From IMG/VR virus record IMGVR_UViG_3300020409_000047, positions 1 to 33,820 of that record: a stretch of 33,820 bases of DNA. The stretch is one strand, 5' to 3'. The DNA comes from a virus. Lineage: Duplodnaviria > Caudoviricetes. Shown here one piece after another: positions 16,892 to 25,397 of this stretch. Under the pieces are notes generated by a model. The model was given only the letters and a program-made list of their open reading frames with translations, was not told where the DNA came from and did no database searches. The translations under genes were made by a program, and so were the position numbers. Position 1 is the stretch's first letter. Every line of letters starts with the position of its first letter.

Positions 16892-18652
16892 ATGAAAAGA
16901 TTATTATTACCAATACTTATAATACTTTTAACACCTCTAGTTTATCAATCAACGCCATTACAAATATTAAAACTTAAAGTATTTGATAATTTTGTAACTA
17001 CGCCAGATCCTAGTGGCAATTTTGTAATACTAAATATAACTGAAGATGATGTAGAAAGAGAGGGTGGTTGGCCAATACCAAGGCAAAGATTAGCTGAAAT
17101 TCAGTTAGATTTAATTAACAACGGAGCTATAGGTATTGGTTGGGTTGTAAGTTTTCCACAAAAAGATCGTATGGGAGGTGACGAAATATTTGCTGAAACT
17201 TTACAATTTGCACCATCAGTATTAGCTATGTTTGAAGATGGCAAAGGTAATTATCCTTCATCACCAGGAACGGTAGTGCTTGGTGAAGATAATGGTGGTA
17301 TGATAAGTTCGGGAGTGAAAGCAAACTATCCTCTCTTGTCAAGTAAAACAATACAAGGTTTAGCCGTAGCTCCCACAGACGTTGATCAATTAGTAAGAAG
17401 AATACCTCTTTTAGTTAAAACACCTAATAACGAATGGATACCTAGTTTTGGCACACAAATATATAAATCTTTATTAGGTGTAAAAACTTATATTATAAAA
17501 ACTAATGATAATGGTATTGAAGAAATATCAATACAAGGAATACCACCTGTTAAAACAGATAGCTTAGGTCGTAAGTGGATAAGTTGGGTGGATACAGAGC
17601 AAACCAATCTTAGACAAATGTATGTAGCAGGCAAGTTTGTATTTGTTGGTGTTACTGCAAATGGAGTTATGCCTCAAATTGCAACACCTGTTGGATTGTT
17701 AGAGCCGCATAAAATACAAGCAGCCTTAGCAGAAAGTATATTAATACAAGATAGTCCTTATATACCAGATTATGCACTAGCTGTAGAAATACTTTCATTA
17801 ATATTATTTGTTTCTTTAATTTGGTTCGCTTTGCATTTATTAGGTATTACTTGGGGTATAGCTGTTGGCACAGCACTAATGATGATTACAGCTAGTGTAG
17901 GATATATACTCATACAAAAAGGATTATTAATAGATGTTTCTTGGACATTAATATCAGAGTTTATAACAGGATCAATAGCTTTTTATTTAAGATTTAGACA
18001 ACAATACAAACTAAGACAACAGATCAAAAAACAGTTTGAACATTATCTCGATCCACGCCAAGTTAAAAAATTACAAGACAACCCTGATTCTTTGGTATTA
18101 GGTGGTGAAAAAAGATATTGCACGTTTCTATTCAGTGATGTAAGAGGCTTTACTGCCATGTCAGAAAAGCTAGAACCAGAAGAAGTCACTAAAATTATGA
18201 ACAAAGCTTTAACCATACAAGCTGATGCAGTTAAAAAATATGGTGGCATGGTAGATAAATATATTGGCGATGCAATGATGGCCATATTTAACGCACCAAT
18301 AGATTTACCAAATCATGAAACTATAGCTGTGTTATGTGCTGAAGAAATACAAAACAATATTAAAAAAGCTAATCTTGGTATTGAAATAGGACTAGGTGTT
18401 AATACTGGATACGCTGTCGTAGGTAACATGGGTAGTGATACTAGGTTTGATTACTCAGCAATAGGTGATGCAGTAAACCTTGCAGCTAGGCTTGAAAGTT
18501 CAACTAAGGAAGTTGGAGAAGATATTGTTATAGGTTATGATACTATCAGTTCAAGTACCTTTAGTGATCAAATAATACTAAAGCAACTTGATAGTATTTT
18601 TGTTAAAGGCAAAGAAAAGCCAATTAAAATATATACATTACAAAATGGTTAA
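16892..18652 (+). CDS. CHASE2-domain class III adenylate cyclase
   Basis: N-terminal TM segment and CHASE2 motifs (ILNITE, GGWPIPR, DVDQLVRRIPL), then three TM helices. The catalytic domain has FSDVRGFT, DKYIGDAMMA, GVNTG..VVGNMGS and FDYSAIGDAVNLAARLES. Confidence 0.93.
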   Translation: MKRLLLPILIILLTPLVYQSTPLQILKLKVFDNFVTTPDPSGNFVILNITEDDVEREGGWPIPRQRLAEIQLDLINNGAIGIGWVVSFPQKDRMGGDEIFAETLQFAPSVLAMFEDGKGNYPSSPGTVVLGEDNGGMISSGVKANYPLLSSKTIQGLAVAPTDVDQLVRRIPLLVKTPNNEWIPSFGTQIYKSLLGVKTYIIKTNDNGIEEISIQGIPPVKTDSLGRKWISWVDTEQTNLRQMYVAGKFVFVGVTANGVMPQIATPVGLLEPHKIQAALAESILIQDSPYIPDYALAVEILSLILFVSLIWFALHLLGITWGIAVGTALMMITASVGYILIQKGLLIDVSWTLISEFITGSIAFYLRFRQQYKLRQQIKKQFEHYLDPRQVKKLQDNPDSLVLGGEKRYCTFLFSDVRGFTAMSEKLEPEEVTKIMNKALTIQADAVKKYGGMVDKYIGDAMMAIFNAPIDLPNHETIAVLCAEEIQNNIKKANLGIEIGLGVNTGYAVVGNMGSDTRFDYSAIGDAVNLAARLESSTKEVGEDIVIGYDTISSSTFSDQIILKQLDSIFVKGKEKPIKIYTLQNG

Positions 18653-18860
18653 TAAAAAAATGACAGTTAATGATGTAGCAGAGAGACTAACAAAGTTAGA
18701 AACCATATCACATGAACGTTGGAAAACTGCTTTTAATGAGTTTTCTGATATAAAAGAAGAAATAACTTATATTAATTCAACTATGAAAGCAGCAACATTT
18801 GGAGTGTTTGGTTTTCTTGGTGCTATTGGTATAGCAGTATTAACGAGTATATTAGTATGA
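18645..18860 (+). CDS. Small coiled-coil protein with C-terminal TM helix (lysis-associated); start revised to ATG 18645
   Basis: 71 aa with an ERLTKLE..HERW coiled coil and a C-terminal hydrophobic segment. ATGA overlap with the next gene. Confidence 0.55.
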   Translation: MVNKKMTVNDVAERLTKLETISHERWKTAFNEFSDIKEEITYINSTMKAATFGVFGFLGAIGIAVLTSILV

Positions 18861-19336
18861 AAGGATTATTAAAAAATATCGTGGGAGCTGTTGCTCCTAC
18901 ATTAGGATCAGCTATGGGTGGCCCGTTAGGTAATATGGCTATGAATAAAATTGCACAAGTGCTTGGAGTATCTAATGACCAAAAATCAATACAACAAGCC
19001 ATGCAAAATGCAACACCAGAACAAATGTTAGAGCTTAAAAAAGCAGAACAAGAGTTTGAAGTACAAATGAAAGAGCTCGATGTAGATGTTTTTAAACTAG
19101 AAACACAAGACAAACAACACGCAAGAGGTTTGTTTAGTAAAGATTGGACAGCTAGAATTATAGGGTTGGTCACTATAGGTGGTTTTCTAGGATATATATT
19201 CTTAGTAACACTACAACCACCAGAGCAAAACAGTGAAGCATTAATAAATTTAGTGCTTGGTTATTTAGGAGGATTAGCTAGTGCAATTATTTCGTTCTAT
19301 TTTGGAGCGTCTCACACCAACGATAAAGGAGAGTAA
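18857..19336 (+). CDS. Putative holin
   Basis: Hydrophobic N-terminus, a coiled coil, two C-terminal TM helices and FYFGAS ending. Directly upstream of the lysozyme. Confidence 0.65.
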   Translation: MKGLLKNIVGAVAPTLGSAMGGPLGNMAMNKIAQVLGVSNDQKSIQQAMQNATPEQMLELKKAEQEFEVQMKELDVDVFKLETQDKQHARGLFSKDWTARIIGLVTIGGFLGYIFLVTLQPPEQNSEALINLVLGYLGGLASAIISFYFGASHTNDKGE

Positions 19337-19337
19337 T

Positions 19338-19781
19338 ATGGAAATATCACAAGAGGGATTGTCTTTAATTAAAAAATTTGAAGGTTGCAAACTTGAGTCT
19401 TATAAATGTGCAGCAGGTGTTTGGACTATAGGCTATGGAAGCACTAACGATGTAAAAGAAGGTATGGAAATATCACAAGAAAGAGCAGACATGTTACTAC
19501 TTGAAGATGTAGAGGTATTTGAAGAGTCTGTAAACAAACTTGTTGAGGTACCATTAGAACAAAATCAATTTGATGCTTTGGTATCTTGGACATTTAATCT
19601 TGGATCAACTAATTTAAAAAACTCTACTTTATTAAAAGTATTAAACGATAAAGATTACGATGGAGTTCCTGCACAAATTAAACGTTGGAACAAAGCAGGC
19701 GGTAAAGTTTTACAAGGTTTAATAAGAAGGAGAGAAGCAGAAGCCTTATTATTTGAAGGCAAAGAATGGCATGAGGTATAG
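19338..19781 (+). CDS. Endolysin, GH24 phage lysozyme; start revised to ATG 19338
   Basis: LIKKFEG-x-KLESYKCAAGVWTIGYG (E-x8-C-x5-T), QNQFDALVSWTFNLG, RWNKAGGKVLQGLIRRREAE and an AAGGAG RBS. Confidence 0.93.
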   Translation: MEISQEGLSLIKKFEGCKLESYKCAAGVWTIGYGSTNDVKEGMEISQERADMLLLEDVEVFEESVNKLVEVPLEQNQFDALVSWTFNLGSTNLKNSTLLKVLNDKDYDGVPAQIKRWNKAGGKVLQGLIRRREAEALLFEGKEWHEV

Positions 19782-19783
19782 CC

Positions 19784-21667
19784 GTGCCATTAACTAAATT
19801 ACAATTTAATCCAGGCATCAACAAAGAGATGACTGATCTTATGAGTAAGGGTGGTTGGACAGATGGTAATTTAGTTAGGTTTAGAAAAGGACTACCAGAA
19901 AAAATAGGTGGTTGGGAAAAAGGAACTGATGCGTCTTACTTAGGCACAGGCAGGGCATTAATAGGTTGGGTTGCTTTAGACGCAACTAAATATTTAGGAC
20001 TTGGTACTACTTTCAAATATTACATAAAACAAGGCTCTGATTTTGATGATGTTACCCCAATAAGATCAACCACATCTGCTGGTGATGTCACATTCTCTGC
20101 TACAAATGGTGATGCTACAATAACTGTAACAGACACCTCACACGGGGCTGTTCAAAACGATTTTGTTACATTTAGTGGAGCCGCCTCATTAGGTGGAAAT
20201 ATTACTGCTGCGGTATTAAATCAAGAATATCAAATAACAACTGTGGTAAATACAAACAGTTATCAAATAGAGGCTAAAGATAGTTCTGGTGCTACAGTGA
20301 CTGCAAACTCTTCAGATAGTGGTAATGGTGGATCTTCTGTGGTTGGTGCTTATCAAATAAATGTTGGTTTAGATGTTTTTGTTACATCGACAGGTTGGGG
20401 TGCTGGTGCTTGGAATAACGGTACTTGGGGCTCAAAAACCGAACTAACAGAAACTGGACAGTTAAGATTGTGGTCACACGATGCTTTTGGAGAAGATTTA
20501 ATTATAAATCCAAGAGCAGGCAGTATTTATTATTGGGATGAAACTAACGAAACAAGCACTAGAGCAGTAGAGTTAAGTAGTTTGAGTGGTGCAAATCTTA
20601 CACCAACTAAAGCATTGCAAGTAATTGTAAGTGATATTGATAGACATGTTATAGTTTTAGGTGCTGATCCGATTAGTGGTAGCTCAAGATCAGGTGTTAT
20701 AGATCCTATGCTTATAGCTTTTTCAGATCAAGAAAGTGCAACTAATTGGGAGCCTACTGCTACCAATACAGCAGGTTCATTAAGACTATCATCAGGATCA
20801 CAAATAATAGGTGGTTTAAGATCAAGACAAGAAATACTTATTTGGACTGATACATCTTTATATAGTATGCAGTTTATAGGTGCACCTTTTACTTTTGGTG
20901 TTAATCTCATAAACGAAAATGTAGGACTTATATCCCCTAATGCAGCTATAAACGCACCAGATAGCGTGTATTGGATGGCAAGAGATGGATTTTATACCTA
21001 TTCAGGATCAGTAAAAAGATTAGTATGCAGTGTGTTAAATTATGTATTAGATGATTTTAATTCCTCTCAAGCATTTAAAACTATAGCCTTTACAAACAAA
21101 GAGTTTAATGAAGTTGGTTGGTTTTATTGCTCATCTTCCTCAACTGAAATAGATAGATATGTAACTTATAACTATTTAGAGGGTGCTTGGAGCATAGGTA
21201 ATTTATCAAGAACAGCTTGGCTAGATGAAGGTGTATTTGAAAAACCAAGAGCAACAGGTAAAGACAACGACACAGGATACTTATATGTGCATGAAGACTC
21301 TGACGATGATGACGGATCACCAATGGACAATGTTTTTATAGAGTCAGGCGACATAGATATAGAAGATGGTGACAGTTTTGGTTTTGTCAGCAAAATTATT
21401 CCTGATGTAAAATTTTTTGGTTCGTCTGCGTCTGATGGACAAATAAATTTTGTTCTTAAAACTCGTAACTTTCCGGGCGATACTTTAACTACCAATTCAA
21501 CAAACGATGTCACTAGCTCTACGCAACAAAATTTTACACGTGCTAGAGGCAGACAGCTAGTTCTTAGAGTTCAATCTGATGATGACGCAGATACAGGCGT
21601 GCGAACAGGTTTTAAATGGAGACTAGGCTCTAGTAGAATAGATGTTAAAACAGACGGTAGAAGATAG
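19784..21667 (+). CDS. Tail nozzle / packaged-DNA stabilisation protein (P22 gp10 / tail tubular B-like)
   Basis: 627 aa, beta-propeller-like (VRFRKGLPEKIGGW, FSDQE, LIWTD, EVGWFY, RTAWLD). Positioned before the ejection proteins. Confidence 0.65.
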   Translation: MPLTKLQFNPGINKEMTDLMSKGGWTDGNLVRFRKGLPEKIGGWEKGTDASYLGTGRALIGWVALDATKYLGLGTTFKYYIKQGSDFDDVTPIRSTTSAGDVTFSATNGDATITVTDTSHGAVQNDFVTFSGAASLGGNITAAVLNQEYQITTVVNTNSYQIEAKDSSGATVTANSSDSGNGGSSVVGAYQINVGLDVFVTSTGWGAGAWNNGTWGSKTELTETGQLRLWSHDAFGEDLIINPRAGSIYYWDETNETSTRAVELSSLSGANLTPTKALQVIVSDIDRHVIVLGADPISGSSRSGVIDPMLIAFSDQESATNWEPTATNTAGSLRLSSGSQIIGGLRSRQEILIWTDTSLYSMQFIGAPFTFGVNLINENVGLISPNAAINAPDSVYWMARDGFYTYSGSVKRLVCSVLNYVLDDFNSSQAFKTIAFTNKEFNEVGWFYCSSSSTEIDRYVTYNYLEGAWSIGNLSRTAWLDEGVFEKPRATGKDNDTGYLYVHEDSDDDDGSPMDNVFIESGDIDIEDGDSFGFVSKIIPDVKFFGSSASDGQINFVLKTRNFPGDTLTTNSTNDVTSSTQQNFTRARGRQLVLRVQSDDDADTGVRTGFKWRLGSSRIDVKTDGRR

Positions 21668-22002
21668 TGGCTAAACTACTTGAAACAAGATTACCTCAAG
21701 CAAATGGTCAAGTAGAGGCAGGAACTTTTAACAGATTAATTAGAATACTTGAAATAAACTTAGGTAGATTTGATCCAAACTCTACTCCACAGTTTAGTGA
21801 TGCTGAAATATCATCTTTAAATTTTAACGCTGGTGATGTAATATGGAATACATCTATTGATGTTTTACAGGTTTATGCTGGCAATCAATGGATACAGTTA
21901 CATACTCCAAGCAATCCACAAGGCTTTGAGATGACTGCATCAGTAGGATCACTTTCTGTTAAAACTAACGGAAACATATCCATCAATATAACTGCAAATT
22001 AA
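21667..22002 (+). CDS. Small tail-associated protein
   Basis: 111 aa with GDVIWNTSIDVLQVY..NQW fibre-type motif. TAGTG overlap with the nozzle gene. Confidence 0.55.
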   Translation: MAKLLETRLPQANGQVEAGTFNRLIRILEINLGRFDPNSTPQFSDAEISSLNFNAGDVIWNTSIDVLQVYAGNQWIQLHTPSNPQGFEMTASVGSLSVKTNGNISINITAN

Positions 22003-22004
22003 AT

Positions 22005-22967
22005 ATGAAAAAATTATCTGAAGGAAACAAAGGGATACAGGCACTAGCAAAAGAAAACCCTGCCTTAGTAGAAGACAAGTTTGGTTATGATGTGCCAGGC
22101 TATTTTATGGGTGGTATGCCAGGTGTTGATGAGGCCGTTGATGAGGCTCAAAAAGATTTAGAAAAACAAAATAAACTAGAAAAATTAGGTGAAATACTTT
22201 CAATGATAGGAGAGTCATCAGACTTTACTCCTTTGGTAAAACCGGGAAAAATTGCAGGAATAGAAGCAATTATACCTAAGATAAGAAGACCAGAAATGAT
22301 GCCACAAGGTTTTAGAAGAGGCGGTATGACTGGTGGTATAGGAATGTATGAAAGAGATTTTATCTTTGATAATTTTGATATAAATGATTATATAGAAAAT
22401 ATTTTAGGTGGAGACAAAACACCAGAGCTAACAGAAGAACAAATAGCAGAGCAACAAGCACAACAAGCAGCCATGAGATTAGCAAAAGGCTACGGTGCAT
22501 CTGGTTCTATGGGTGGCAGTGCTTATAGAAGCACAGCCCCAGGTGCAGATATAACTATAAATGCACGATCAGAAAACCCTGCTGTTTACAAATTTTACCC
22601 TAGTGAAGTCTCAAAACTTTACTCTCAAATAAAAGGCGTGCCATTCTCTCCCCTGGTGGCACCGCCTAAAGAGGCAACCTTCATTGATGATCTACAACCA
22701 AGAAGAATTACAAGTCAACTGTATGCTAAAGACGGTAAATTTGTAGATAGAAGTGAATTAATTACAGGCCCTGGTGGAGAGCGAGGCGACAAAATACCAG
22801 CCATGTTAAGTGATGGAGAGTTTGTTGTAAACGCTGCTGCTGTAAGAGGTATAGGTTTACAGGCTGGTGCAAACCCAGAAGACGAATACGAACAAAGATT
22901 ACTCGGAGCTCGTAAAATGTACGAAATGCAAAAAATTGGAGAAGATTTTGCTAACAAGCTGACATGA
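22005..22967 (+). CDS. Putative internal virion protein
   Basis: 320 aa. ITGPGGERGDKIPAMLSDGEFVVNAAAV is a motif also seen in tape-measure and ejection proteins; several xxGG motifs. Confidence 0.55.
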   Translation: MKKLSEGNKGIQALAKENPALVEDKFGYDVPGYFMGGMPGVDEAVDEAQKDLEKQNKLEKLGEILSMIGESSDFTPLVKPGKIAGIEAIIPKIRRPEMMPQGFRRGGMTGGIGMYERDFIFDNFDINDYIENILGGDKTPELTEEQIAEQQAQQAAMRLAKGYGASGSMGGSAYRSTAPGADITINARSENPAVYKFYPSEVSKLYSQIKGVPFSPLVAPPKEATFIDDLQPRRITSQLYAKDGKFVDRSELITGPGGERGDKIPAMLSDGEFVVNAAAVRGIGLQAGANPEDEYEQRLLGARKMYEMQKIGEDFANKLT

Positions 22968-23437
22968 GTTTAGTATTAGAAACTGTAGTTCCTAGTGCTG
23001 AAAATGGTAAAAAGATTGCAAAATTTTTATCTGAAAATTTTTGGACAGAGCACTCTTTATCAGGAGAGCAGTCTCCTGAAATAGATTGGTCAAGGGCTTC
23101 TGCTCACATAAATCATTTTATGTTTGAGGGTATTGTGTATAATGTGAGTGATGGCGATAAAATCATAGGTAGTATAGCTGTCGCACCTGATAAACATTGG
23201 TGGTCAGCAGAAGAATATGTAGGAGATGGATGGTTTTTTGTTTTACCTGAATACAGAAACCTAAAAGATCAAACATCGCCTTCACATCTTTTAATAGATG
23301 CAGTTATAGATTATGCTAATAAACTAGAAAAGCCTTTAATAATGGGCGTGTTTAACATACATGGAGTTGAACGAGCTAAAAAATTATTTAATAAAAAAGG
23401 CTTCCACCAAATAGGTGGTATGTATTATAGGAATTAA
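22964..23437 (+). CDS. GNAT-fold acetyltransferase-like protein
   Basis: KIIGSI, WFFVLPEYRN, LIDAVIDYA and KKLFNKKGF GNAT motifs. Confidence 0.7.
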   Translation: MSLVLETVVPSAENGKKIAKFLSENFWTEHSLSGEQSPEIDWSRASAHINHFMFEGIVYNVSDGDKIIGSIAVAPDKHWWSAEEYVGDGWFFVLPEYRNLKDQTSPSHLLIDAVIDYANKLEKPLIMGVFNIHGVERAKKLFNKKGFHQIGGMYYRN

Positions 23438-23443
23438 TTAAAT

Positions 23444-24703
23444 ATGTGTCTTAGTAAAACAAAATCAGCACCACCAGCAGATATTATAACCACTCCTCAA
23501 ACTGGTTATTCTTTTGTATCTCCTTATATTGAAGACTATTCAAGAAGAATACTTAGTTCTTATTTTGGCTCTCCCGGTGAATATGAAGGTTTAATATCAA
23601 GACCTAGAGATATACCTATAGAACAAACAGCAGGTCTTACACCACTGCAAATACAAGCACGACAAGCCTCACAAGGTTTAGGTCAATTTATGCCTTTTAT
23701 AGATCAAGCTAGAGGCATGATAGAAGAAGGTGCTGGAACTGTATCAGGTGGTATAGGTGCATTACAAAGAGCAGAACAAAGTGGCATAGGTGCAACTCAA
23801 ATGTTTGATCCTAGCAGTGCATCAATGTTTTATGATCCATACGAAGATCAAGTGGTGCAACAAACACTTCAAGATATAAACAGAGCAGCAGCACAGCAAG
23901 ACATAGGATTGCGTGACAGAGCTATAAGCCAAGGTGCGTTCGGTGGATCAAGAGGCAGAATAGCCCAAGAAGAACTAGCAAGACAAACAGGCAGAGGTGC
24001 AGCTGAAGCTGTAGGTGCACTTAGAAGTCAAGGTTTTGGTAGAGCACAAGACGCTGCCATGAGATCTTTTGAGGCACAACAAGGCAGACAGGCTGGACTT
24101 GCAAGCTTACAATCAGGATTAGCTGGTCAACAAGCAGCTTTAGGTGGACAGCAAGCGGCCTTAGGTCAAGGTATTGCAAGCCTAGGGCAACAAGGTCAAG
24201 GCATGTTAGGAAGTCAAATTAATTTACTAAACCAACTTGGAGCTCAAGGACAAGCTACGCAACAAGCCGCACTATCAAGACAGTTTGGTGCAGCACAACA
24301 GCTTGCTCAAGAACCATTACAAAGATTACAAACTGGTCAAGCATTACTTGCTGGATCACCAATGGGAGGTATCTCTGGTGGAACTGGATCAAGTGCATAT
24401 CAACGTGGTGTTTATCAGCAACCAACAGCATTAGGGCAATTAGTTGGAGCCGCTGGAACACTTATGACTGGATATGGTGCAATGCAATCTGATGTTGATT
24501 TAAAAGAAAACATTACAAAAATAGGTGAGCTTGAGCCAGGTATCGGTTGGTACACATGGGATTGGAATGATAAAGGTAAGGCTATAGGTGTTGAATCAGA
24601 ACCAAGCGAGGGTGTGTTAGCTCAAGAAGTATTAGAAGTTAAACCAGATGCAGTAGTAGTTAAAGACGGATATTACGCTGTTGATTACGCTAAGGTATTG
24701 TAA
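23444..24703 (+). CDS. Putative DNA ejection protein with C-terminal peptidase S74 (ICA) domain
   Basis: Gln/Ala/Gly-rich helical body with GAFGGSRG. The C-terminus has SDVDLKENI..WYTWDW..GVLAQEV..PDAV..YYAVDY. Confidence 0.7.
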   Translation: MCLSKTKSAPPADIITTPQTGYSFVSPYIEDYSRRILSSYFGSPGEYEGLISRPRDIPIEQTAGLTPLQIQARQASQGLGQFMPFIDQARGMIEEGAGTVSGGIGALQRAEQSGIGATQMFDPSSASMFYDPYEDQVVQQTLQDINRAAAQQDIGLRDRAISQGAFGGSRGRIAQEELARQTGRGAAEAVGALRSQGFGRAQDAAMRSFEAQQGRQAGLASLQSGLAGQQAALGGQQAALGQGIASLGQQGQGMLGSQINLLNQLGAQGQATQQAALSRQFGAAQQLAQEPLQRLQTGQALLAGSPMGGISGGTGSSAYQRGVYQQPTALGQLVGAAGTLMTGYGAMQSDVDLKENITKIGELEPGIGWYTWDWNDKGKAIGVESEPSEGVLAQEVLEVKPDAVVVKDGYYAVDYAKVL

Positions 24704-25395
24704 TGATATTTGGTGATAGCACTTCAAAAGGAATTACATCTTTGTTTCCATCTCCATTATTAATGTTGCTTTTAGGTGCTGATTATCTTAAAAGAAAAAA
24801 GAAAAAAAAGAAAAAAGAAAATAAAGGCATAACATCTGGATTAGAACCTGTAGAAATGATTTCAGGAGAACCAATAGAATTAAAGAAAGGCGGCTTTCCT
24901 GATCTAAGTGGTGACGGCAAAGTAACTCAAAAAGATATTCTTATGGGTAGAGGAGTTATTGAAAAAGCTGATGGCGGTATAGCTGTTTATGCAAACGGTG
25001 GTGAGGCAGGCACAAAATATTTTGGTGAAGATGGATTATTATTTGATCCCACTAATCCCCTAGATTATATAATGGCAGTGCCTGGTGTTGGATTAGCAGG
25101 TGCAGGTATAAAAGCTTTAATGGTTGGTAACAGACTACGTAAAGCTAAAAAAGCTTTAGAGCCAGTAGCAAAACTTAGCAACCCAACTACAAACGTAGCT
25201 GGACTAACTGCATTGGGAGTTGACTTAGGAACTGATCCAGAAATACAAGATATGTTTAAGTCACAAAGTTATAGTGAAATGTATGAGCCCGGAGTGGCTT
25301 ATGAGTATGAAGGTGGTTACTTTGAATACGATCCTAATGATGATGAAATTTATGTATTAGATGACATACCTGAAGGATACAGAATAGAGAAATAA
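24703..25395 (+). CDS. Putative internal virion protein
   Basis: 230 aa with a poly-Lys run, a DLSGDGKVTQKD loop and three xxGG motifs. TAATG coupling. Confidence 0.55.
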   Translation: MIFGDSTSKGITSLFPSPLLMLLLGADYLKRKKKKKKKENKGITSGLEPVEMISGEPIELKKGGFPDLSGDGKVTQKDILMGRGVIEKADGGIAVYANGGEAGTKYFGEDGLLFDPTNPLDYIMAVPGVGLAGAGIKALMVGNRLRKAKKALEPVAKLSNPTTNVAGLTALGVDLGTDPEIQDMFKSQSYSEMYEPGVAYEYEGGYFEYDPNDDEIYVLDDIPEGYRIEK

Positions 25396-25397
25396 TT

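Noticed and set aside
13898-18652. Curli/cyclase block as host chromosome flanking a prophage
   Set aside because: It is flanked on both sides by phage genes on the same strand with overlapping start/stop codons, and no integrase or att-like boundary is visible.
19338-19440. Endolysin inactivated by Cys in place of the catalytic Asp
   Set aside because: E-x8-C-x5-T is a known functional variant among GH24 phage lysozymes.
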